Of a stretch of 64,000 bases of DNA, positions 53,901-64,000 are shown in pieces (the first letter of the stretch is position 1; each line of letters opens with the position of its first letter). The stretch comes from Cycas panzhihuaensis (Eukaryota; Plantae; Cycadophyta). Below the pieces are notes generated by a model. The model saw only the letters and a program-made list of their open reading frames with translations. It searched no databases and had not been told where the DNA came from. The position numbers and the translations under genes were made by a program. Location: contig CM041465.1 of assembly GCA_023213395.1 (NCBI GenBank), forward strand, positions 225,191,741 to 225,255,740. The letters run 5' to 3'.

Positions 53901-56900
53901 TTAGTAATGATAGCATCTTAGCTATGAAGAGGACATCATAAATTCTTAGCTTATATCTTAGATTAGTGAATGTAGAAGAGATCACCTTATAGAAATCCAT
54001 GAAACACTCCACAACAAATATGATGATGAAATTTCGATCTTTTATTTTTTCTTTATGATTGTTTGATTTTTTTTTCATAATTAAGGTTATGATACATTTT
54101 ACAAGGTAGATCTGAAGAAATTTTATCTGTTAGTAGCTTATATTTATTGTAAATCCTATTGGTATTGCTCATAGCCATTGCTAAATGTTCATAATGGTAA
54201 AAGAATATTCTTCATGTTTATTGTTTTATTTTATAAAATTTAAGATAAATTTAATCAAATTATATAAACTTTTGGCATATACCCTTAAGCCCTTAATGCG
54301 ATAGCAAGCAAGCATATAAAAGAAATCACGTGACCAAGAGACAAAATTAAAAGTTGTTAAACCTTATTTTTTGCCTTATTGATGGTTGTTTTTATAAACG
54401 CCCAAATATAGATTAGGACAAGGCTAGCCTATGAAGTGCTCTATAAATGATACAAAAATAGTGGATACCAAAATAGATTGTAAAAATATTCAACCCTTTA
54501 AATTGAATTTAGGCCTAGAATACCATATAGAAATTATGGTACAATATGTACATTGAGATTATAATAAATAGTGGCTCTTCACAAAAAACTTCATGAATAT
54601 TTTTCAGATATGTAGGGATTTAAAATGTTTATGAGCAGAGTGAAGAAAGAAAAGAATAGGTAGAAGACAATAAGAAATATGATGGTAATGATCTATTCTT
54701 TCATGTACTTCAAAGATTCAATGGATAAAAATTCAACAAATGCCAAATATACTAAGCTAATTCACATAAATCCCATCCATAAATGATATAAATCAAAGAT
54801 ATCAACAAAGTCAAATTAATCATCAAATTTATGCCATAAGATTCATTAGTATTATTAATAGACTTTGTACTAGATAAACTAAATATAAATGGTAATATTA
54901 CCAAGAAAAGGAAATTTCTACATCAAATAAGTTTCTAAACCCTTATAGTACATCAAATAGCCATTTAAATAAAAATCTTAAATTGAAGCATATGAAATAA
55001 TATAATCTAGCACTCATAAAATCAGAATGTCTCCCTTACAATAATAGAAAATGCCCAACATAAAATAGTCCTAAATAAAACTCAACATCAACTCTCTTAT
55101 CTTATGCGATTTCTCTTATTCTCTGCACCTCTTCCTCTTCCCCTTCTCTTCCTGCTATGTTTTACCTTTTTTCTCCTTTTAAATTTTTAGTCTCTTAAGT
55201 AACTTGTCATCAAAATCTAATACACAATAGTAAGCATCTTTCATTTGGTTTGATGATTTATAGATACACAATGTGGATTGATCTTATTTTCCTAATCTCA
55301 TATCTGAGTTCATGTTAATGGGTCGATGCATCATTGTTCAAGTTTTCTTTATCTTCTTCTATTTGAACTCTATCAAAGAACACTACAAAATGATCTTGAA
55401 AATGCCATTTTTTATGCTTAATTGTAGCACATGTGAGTGGATAATATGGCAACTTATTGTTATTATGATAATGTCCTTTAGTGATAGTTTTTGCATAAGC
55501 GAGAGTTGAGTATTTACAAGATTTGATCATTTGTAGGGTCTTGAGGACCATTTTTTCATATCCCTCACATTTCACAATTTCAAAATTGGATAATAATTAT
55601 CCATGGTATCATTTATAAAACTATGAAATGTGGGTTTGTATTATGTCTAATTCCCCTACATTTCATAGATTTAGGCTTAGATGCCCCTAGGCTCATGATA
55701 AGTTTTGTGAAATGTAAAAAATTGGGTGTTATATTTTGTATTTTAGGCACTCCTTTATATATGAATAAAATTACATTATACTTAACACTTTTCCTCATGG
55801 TTAGCACAAACTCCAACTTTTCTAACATTCTTAAAAGTTTCTTTCATTGTATAACAAAGGAAACAATCCTTCTTATACATCTCTTTCATACTCTATTTTA
55901 TTGAGCTATCCTCTTGCATGTTTAAAAATTAATACAATTCTTTCTATAATGTTGTTTAGAGTCTTTCATAGTATTAATTTATGGCATTCAATACTTCTCT
56001 AGCATAACACTTCTTACATACTTCTATTTACTTAACCTACTTGCTTTAGTATTGAGTATTTATTTTATTTATTTACACTTTTGAGTAGGGGCCAAAAGTG
56101 GTAGTAACACTTGGCCCCCTTGCCTTTATTAACCCCCTGCAGGTCAATACAATATAGAGAATAAAATAAATCTTAAACTATACTATATGCACAAGTCTAG
56201 AAATCTTACTAATTTAAGTAAAGAAATGCTTCAAATATTGACCATTCACTGGAAGCAACATGATATGTCCCCCTACGCTTTATAACCAAAAGGTGTTATC
56301 TCTATTTTTTTTAATGGATTCAAATAGGTCCAACCATAAAGAATCAAATTTACCATGTGCCTTGGGTTTGGATTTGGCTTTATCCCACATGAACACTTTA
56401 TCATGAAATTTAAATTTCCTTGAAGATGCAAATGAATTATTAAAATATTATTTGTTCCTTGATTGGTGCTCTTGGAGTTTAAGTTGCACATCATGTCTAG
56501 TTTCCTCTAGTGCTAATAAATCTTTAATCTCTTTATTACTAGAGTTAGGTCACCTTGAAAGGCATTTAACTATAAGTTTTCAAGAGTCAATTAAGAAGGT
56601 AGCACCACCTTTTTCTTATAGACTAATAAATATGGCAAGTACCCAATTAACTATTTGATCATAATTTTGACAATCCATATTGCTTGAAATATTTTCATAT
56701 ATTAATCTTTTTTACTTTGTCACCATCCTTTTCAAAATTCTTATCAAATTCTTATTAGTGAACTTAGTTAGTCCATTGCCTTGTGGTTAATAATTGGAAG
56801 TTATATTTAAACATATACTATATTTATAATAAAATATTAGCATTTACTTAGAATTAAATATTGTACCATTGTCTGATATTGGCTATGCTAGTATGCCAAA

Positions 56901-59432
56901 TCTAGGTATTATGGTATATTTTAGAAATTTGATTACAACTATACTAGTGGATCCTTTGGTTGGAATTGTTAGGTAATGTGACAACAATGGTTGGAGGCTA
57001 AAATTTTGACATGTTGGCAGCGCGGTTTCACCTCCAAACCTTCCTTGGGGGGTTCGAAGGGGGGTGGGAGCCCGCCTTGGCCAGGGGGGTGCGGGGGGCA
57101 TGGAATGCCCCCCACAAAGAAGGGGTTCGGGGATGATAACCCCCAACCCAAAAATTTAGCACTAGAAAGTATATTAAATTGTAAAGAGAATTAGGGTCGT
57201 TCACTCAAAATACCCTAGATTCTACAGTCGATATTTGTGCCTTGGATGACCCTCTCATGTAGCCCAATTTAGGATATTTTTTATTATGTTGATAGTATTC
57301 AATGTACTGTGTGGAATTGGGTAGCTGGTTGTTGTTGCTATGAGCACTTTACTACAGAATTATGTACATTTTCTCCATTCTATAACAATAAAGATTGATA
57401 CGTTTCTTATGTGGATGTTTCCTTAGCACACTGGTAAGGTTTTACCATCTTATATCGGGTGTACATGTCATGCTTGGCTTTTTTATTCATTTTATTGTTT
57501 TATCTCTAGTTTAAGAACTTGCATATTAAATTTTAGTTTCAATTCTTGTAACTAGTTGTAAGAATAGTTTAGATCTTGGTGGCAGTTTAAGGGTTGGGAT
57601 CTTATCTTCTCAACAAGTGGTATCAAAGCCACTTTTATTTTTGCAGAGAGTTTATGAAGGTTTTGGTGTTGGCTTCTTCTACACCAAATGGCAAAACTGG
57701 CAAGTGCAAAGTTCGAGGTGGAGAAATTCAATGGCAAGAACAACTTTGAGTTGTGAAAGTTAAAAGTGTATGATGTTCTAGTACAAGGTTTGTACAGAGC
57801 TCCTGTAGGCAAAATGAAGAAACTCGTAGGGATGGACGATGACAAATGGGATAATCTAGACAAAAAGGCTCTTACCACAATACAATTATACTTAGCAGAT
57901 GAAGTTCTATTTAACATCGCAGGGGAGCAGACAGTAGCAGGATTATGGACCCAGTTGGAAGGCATGTATATGACTAAATCAGTGATGAATCAAATCTACT
58001 TCAAGAAGTAGTTGTACTCATTACAGATGAAGGAAGGTACAAAAATTACTGACCGTTTAAATATTTTCAATACTCTTATTTATCAGTTGGCTAGTATTGA
58101 TGTCAAACTTGAGGATGAGGACAAGGTTGTTACCTTATTGTGCTCACTACCAGAATCCTAGGATAATATTATCACTCAATTAGTTTTAACACTATAGATG
58201 AATTAGAATATGATTCTGTTATGAGTGCTTTGTTGATGGAAGAAGTGCGGAGGAAGTCTAGTCTTGAAACCTCCACATCAGAAGCTATGACAGCAAGGGG
58301 TAGAATAATTGATAGAGGACAAAGCTCTAGGGATACATTGAGGTCAAAGTTAAAAGGCAAGAAGAGTAAGCTCATGTGTTGGCACTATAATAAGACCAGT
58401 CACCTAAAAAATGATTACTTCAAAAGGAAGGAGTTCCATAAAAAGGAAGATCCTACCAAGGAGGCTAATCAGGTAGAGTCAAATTAAGGTACGAATGAAG
58501 ATGTCTTGGTTGCTTGTAATGTTTCCCATTATCACCATGACTGGTTATTAGATTCAGGTGCTTCACATCACATGTGTCCACACAAGAGTTGGTTCTCATC
58601 ATACCAACCTCTTAATGGTGGTGATGTACTTATGGGAAATGAAGTTTCTTGTAAGACAGTGGGCATTGGTAGCATCAGAATTAAGATGTTTGATGGTGTA
58701 ATGAGAACATTAATTGAGGTTAGGCATGTACCTGATTTGAAAAAGAATCTGATTTCCTTGGGTGAACTAGATTCGAGTAGTTATAAACATACAGGTCATG
58801 AAGGAGTCTTAAAGGTGTCAAAGGGCACCTTGGTTGTTATGAAAGCCTTAAAGAAAGGAAACCTTTATATTTTAGTGAGAAGTACAAATGTTAGCCATGC
58901 AGCTATAGCATCAAAGACTGTAGAAGATCTAGCCCAGTTATGGCATCAGAGACTTAGGCACATGAGTGAGAGAGGACTTAAGGTGCTGATAAACTATAAG
59001 TTACTTCCTAGCTTACAACTCTTAGATTTGGCTTTTTGCAAACATTATATTTTTGGAAAGAAGTGTAGACTCAGGTTTAAAGTAGGGAGTCACACTAGTA
59101 AAGGTGTTCTGGATTACATACATTCAGATGTGCAGGGACCAGCCCCTAAAATATCTTGTGGAGGATCATTATACTTTATCACATTTATAGATGATTACTC
59201 CATAAAGGTATGGGTCTATTTTTTGAAAAGGATATTTGAAGTTTTCAATGTGTTTAAGCAGTTCAAGGCTCTAGTTGAGAACAACACTAGTAAGTTAATC
59301 AAATATTTAAGAACTAATAATGGAGGTGAGTTCAACTCTTTGGAGTTTGAGAACTATTACAGAGAAGCTAGTATCGAAAGGCATAAGACCACTAGCTATA
59401 CTCCGCAATAAAATGGCATTGATGAGCACATG

Positions 59433-60485
59433 TGATCCAGGAGGATCTACCATATGTTTACAAGATGCAGAAAATGCTAGGCATTGGTATAACTGAAAGA
59501 GATGTGGGCAAATGGTATCAAAATTATATGAAATTTTGTGTAAAGCTAGAAGACACATCCCACTAGATGTGTACAAAAGGTGGGGTTCAGAAAATATCAT
59601 TTGATTAGAGTTCAAGCCTTGTTTTATATAAAATTAATCCCACTACTAGCAGAAAAAAAATAGCAAATACATATTATCATTAAATAAATAAAAATATAGT
59701 CAAATGACATCCAAATGAGCTAAAATTTTGAGGAAGTGGAGGAGACATATGTTTCTATATGTGTACCAAATTTGAGCTAAATTGGAGTTGGTTAAGGCTA
59801 GTTACAAGCCACAACTTTTAAGAATTACATGAAGGCCACTTGGACAGAAGAAAAACAACAAATACATATTATAATTAAATGAATAAAAATGCAGTCAAAT
59901 TATATCCAAATGAGCTAAATTTTTGAGGAAATGGAGGGGACATGTGTTCCTATATGTGTACCAAATTTTAGCCAAATTAGGATCTGTTAAGATTAGTTAT
60001 AAGCTACAAAGTTTTAAGAATTGCATGAAGGCCACTTGGACAACATACATTCTGGTGGTTAGTGGTTATACTTGCATGATTGCCACTTGTTAAACATGCA
60101 ATTTTGGTTTTTTTCTATAGATTAAGCCCTATTAGGGGATATAGAGGTGGTTCTTGGAGACTTGACTTAGGAAGCATCCTTGGAGAAGCATTTTGGAGGG
60201 TTGGAGTCCCCCTTATGGTATAATTGTATCATTTATTCCTTATAATTTTACCATTCTTTTGCTAGTTGATTTCTCCACCATTAAATAGAGATTTTCATAG
60301 TTTAATAAAAGTACTGCTCCTCATACTTTTGAATCAATATCAAGAATAAATGATTTGGTGTAGAATTTCCTTTCGTGGGCTCATTGTTATTTTGATGTTA
60401 TTGAGATTTCTACACTAACTCCCAGGATCTCAAGGAGAAAAGGTTGATAATTGACTTCTTCACCAACTAAGCTCTTTTGGGATCA
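59433..60485. mobile_element. 1053-bp probable solo LTR inserted in Copia integrase
   Basis: TGATCC...GGATCA termini; 5-bp TSD ACATG/ACATA; host reads NGIDEHM|NKTFLE across the site. Confidence 0.85.
59651..60043. repeat. ~197-bp tandem repeat (2 copies) inside solo LTR
   Basis: CAAATACATATTAT...CCAAATGAGCTAAA...ATGAAGGCCACTTGGACA is repeated at 59651-59846 and 59847-60043. Confidence 0.92.
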
Positions 60486-63400
60486 ACATAAATAAGACAT
60501 TCTTGGAAAGTGTAAGAAGCATGCTAAGTGATGATGGAGTAAAACAAGTCTTGTGGGCAGAAGATGTTCAAACAACTTGCTATCTAGTAAATATGTCACC
60601 ATCACTTGTAATAGATTGTAAGATTCCTAAAGAGGTATAGACTAGACATCCATGTGATTATTCAAATTTGAAAGTTTTTGGTTGTGATGCTTATGCCTGG
60701 ACTGATAAAAGTAAGTGTTCAAAGTTAGAACCAAAATCCAAGAGATGTATCTTTGTTGGTTATGGTGATAAAGATGGTGTGAAGGGATACAGGTTGTGGG
60801 ATCCTACTACCCACAAAATCACCATTAACAGAGATGTTGTATTTGATGAATCTTCCCTTCTAAAATTAAATAGTATAGAAGTTGAAGTGAAATAGGAGCA
60901 GAAAGTTGAACATCAACAAGGCAAGTTTGAAACCTAGCCATCTTTAGAATTAGAAGAGCGGGAAGATCTTTATAAGGATGAATCTACAACAGATTTACAG
61001 GAGTATGTGGACACTCCTCTGCCAACAGTTAGAAGATATACACAAGCTAGTCATCCACCTAACAAGTACAACCCTTCTACTTCTATTTCTTTGGTTTCTA
61101 ATGATGGTGAGCCTACATGTTATCAAGAAGCAGTAGATGATATCCATAGTGAGAAATGGAAGAGGGCTATGCAGGAAGAGATAGATGCTTTAAAGAAAAA
61201 TAATTCATGGGACTTGGTAGAACTTCCACATGGCAGGAAGAATGTTGGTTGCAGGTGGGTTTTAAAGATAAAAATAGATGTTGATGGAAAGGTTGACAAA
61301 TACAGGGCAAGACTGGTGGCTAAAGGCTTTGCACAGAAAGCAGGTATTGACTTTCATGAGATCTTTTCACCAGTTATTAAACTTGTTTCAATTCGATTAC
61401 TGTTAGCGTTAGTAGCTTCTCTTGATTTGGAGTTAGAGCAGTTAGATGTAAAAATAACTTTTCTACATGGAGATTTAGATGAGGAGATCTATATGGATCA
61501 GCTAGAAGGGTTTGTACAGGATGGCAAAAAAAGACTTATTTGTAGGCTCACGAAATCATTGTATGGCCTGAAGCAATCACCCAGGCAATGGTATAAGAAG
61601 TTTAATGCCTTCATGGAGAGATAAAATTTTAAAAGAAGTGAGTATGATCATTGTGTTTACTTTAAATTCATGGACAATGGCTTATTCATTATCTTGGTAT
61701 TGTATGTTGATGATATATTGGTTGTAAGCAAGAGCATGGAAGAAATCAATAAGTTAAAGGCTCAATTGGCTAGGACTTTTGATATGAAGGATCTAGGAGC
61801 TGCAAAACAAATCTTAGGTATGGAGATACATAAAGATTGGAAAAATGGTAAGCTATGGTTATCACAGCATAAATATGTGAAAAAGGTGCTAACCAAGTTT
61901 GGTATGGAAAATGTGAAACCAGTGAGTATCCCATTAGCTTCCTATTTTAAGCTTTCTTTGAGTATGAATCCTAGTAATGAAGAAGAAAATGATTATATGT
62001 ATCGTGTGCCTTACGCTAGTGTAGTAGGAAGTTTGATGTATACCATGGTATGTACAAGGCCTGACATTTCACATGCAATTAGTATAGTTAGCAAGTTTAT
62101 GGCAAATCTAAGAAAGGAACATTGGGCAGCAGTGAAATGGGTGCTTCGGTATTTGAGAGGCACAAGTGACTATTGCATCACCTTTGGAGGTACATATAAT
62201 CAGGTTTGTGGATATATTGATTAAGACTTTGTAGGAGATTTAGATAAGAGAAGGTCTACTTCAGGTTATGTATTCACTCTTACAAATGGTCCAGTTAGTT
62301 GGATGTCAAAATTGTAGAGCACAATTGCATTATTAACTACAGAAGCTAAATATGTTGCTATAGCACATGCTTACAAAGAAGTAATCTACTTACAGTGTCT
62401 ATTGGATGAGCTTGGAAGGAAACAAGAAAAGGTAAAGGTATTTTATGATAGTCAAAGTTCTATTTACCTAGCCAAGAATCTAGCTTATCATAGTAGGACA
62501 AAGCATATTGCTCTTAAGTACTATTTTGTTAGATAGGTTATGGAAGCAGATGAAGTGGCATTAGAGAAGGTTAGCACAAAATAAAATTGTACTGATATGT
62601 TCACAAAACCAGTACTATTAGAGAAGTTCAAATGGCATTTGACTTCTATTGGCTTGCAGAAAAGGTGATGAAGGGCCCAGAAAAGGTACCAGGTAAATTG
62701 TTATTAAGGTGGAGATTGTAAGGTAATGTAACAACAATGGTTGGAGGCTAAAATTTTGACATGTTTGCAGCACAGTTTCCCTCCCAAACCTTCCTCAGGG
62801 GGTTCTAAAGGAGGCAGGATCTCCCCTTGACCAGGGGGGTGCAGGGGGCACGGAATGCCCCTGGCAAAGAAGGGGTTCAGGGGCAATAGCCCCTGACCCA
62901 AAAATTTAGCATTGGAAAGTATATTAAATTGTAAAGAAAATCAAGGTTGTTTGCTCAAAATACCCTAGATTCTACGGTCGAGATTTGTGCCTTAGATGAC
63001 CCTCTTATGTAGCCCAATTTAGGGTATTTTTCATTATGTTGATAGTGTTCAATGTATTGTGTGGAGTTGGGTGGCTGGTTGTTATTGCTGTGAGCACTCC
63101 GCTATAGGATTATGTAGATTTTCTCTATTCTACAACAATAAAGATCGATACCTTTCCTATGTGGATGTTTCCCTAGCACACTGCTAGGGTTTTACCATAT
63201 TATATCGAGTGTACATATGATGCTTGGCTTTCTTGTTTATTTAATAATTTTATCTCTAGCTTAAGAACTTGTATGTTAAATTTTAGTTTCAATTCCTGTA
63301 ACTAGTTGCAAGAATAATTTAGATCTTGGTGGCGGTTTAAGGGTTGGGACCTTATCTTCTCAATAGGAATAACCTCTGACCACCTCGTAAAGTAGTTTAT

Positions 63401-64000
63401 CATTATTACTATAAAATTATGTCCCTTATTAGAAATCAATTATATGGGTCTAATGAAATCTAACCCCCATTTTTTAAAGGGTCGTTCTATGAACACCAAC
63501 TTAAGTGGCATGGCTGCCAACTTTTACTCCCCTAAAAATCATTGGCAAACTTGGAAGTTTTTTTATTTAATAAAAGAATCCTTAAATATATTGGGCTAAA
63601 AGTAGTTATTTTATGTGTTGTCTCATAAGCAAAGTGAGCCACACATTGGCCTTTATGAAACTCTTTTAATATTATTTTAGATTCCTCAATTTTTAAGTAT
63701 TTTAATAATATTCCATCATAAGACCTTTTGTATAATTGATCTTCAATTAAAATATAAGGTTTGGATCTTAACTTTAAATATCTCCTTCCTTTCTTGTCCA
63801 TACTCTAAGGACATAACCTATTTTTTAAATAGGATATGGTAAATGTCAAAACCAACAACTACATCAAATATTTCTGTCAAAGTAAGATTGCTTACCTATA
63901 TGTGTTGCCCATCCTATTTGGCTAATTCATAAATAACTTGAAGGATTTAATTAGCTTATACCTCTTAAATCAACCAACATAATCCATGTCCCTTAACTAA

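Larger units (their letters stand above)
57688..62668 (+). pseudogene. Copia gag-PR-INT-RT-RH polyprotein with stops and one nested insertion
   Basis: ORF fragments 57766-58011, 58221-58487, 58506-59411, 60668-60895, 61007-61624 and 61670-62224 lie in canonical Copia order. Confidence 0.95.
56967..63365 (+). mobile_element. Full-length Ty1/Copia element (Tnt1/Tork-like), decayed
   Basis: 649-bp LTRs 56967-57615 and 62717-63365; TSD GGAAT; PBS TGGTATCAAAGCC at 57618; PPT at 62706-62715; PR WLLDSGASHHM; INT FITFIDDYS; RT KYRARLVAKGF and LYVDDIL. Confidence 0.97.
56260..64000 (-). mobile_element. Decayed non-chromovirus Gypsy integrase, split by the Copia at 56967-63365 (pieces 56260-56966 and 63366-64000)
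   Basis: LYKRSYDGILLKYL, PFKKWGLDFI and YFTRWSEVIP|TKGSTSIVVIKFL read across the GGAAT TSD; YYPQGNGL at about 56780. Confidence 0.85.

Noticed and set aside
54200-56200. Possible extra 3' ORF or env-like region of the Gypsy element
   Set aside because: Only short hydrophobic or low-complexity ORFs, with no motif support.
56883-57194. Pro/Gly-rich ORFs (also 62704-62901)
   Set aside because: Translations of the GC hairpin island in the Copia LTRs.

Overview
AT-rich, gene-free plant intergenic or heterochromatic DNA. The element types and their age suggest a large-genome vascular plant such as a gymnosperm (inference only). The window is almost entirely nested, mostly decayed retroelements. 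Elements with both ends defined: (1) a 3.1-kb gag-only (TR-GAG-like) Copia-type LTR element at 4350-7456 with a GTAAA TSD; (2) two full-length Ty1/Copia elements, 39885-44955 (-) with TSD AAAAT and 56967-63365 (+) with TSD GGAAT; (3) a chromodomain Ty3/Gypsy element at 31346-45385 whose 3' LTR is split by a solo LTR, which itself hosts the first Copia; (4) a solo LTR inside the second Copia integrase (59433-60485); (5) a full-length RNase H-bearing L1 LINE at 46196-52611 (-) with a 12-bp TSD. Also present are a related chromovirus (26972-31345), older Gypsy debris, a second gag-only Copia remnant and a 2-kb (TA)n array. The only host-gene-derived sequence I can recognise is an intronless, multiply deleted and order-permuted DEG7/Nma111-type HtrA protease pseudogene at about 23.3-23.9 kb (-), which is the most unusual object here. 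No intact cellular gene, RNA gene or CRISPR array was found. All alignments and identity figures were made by eye.
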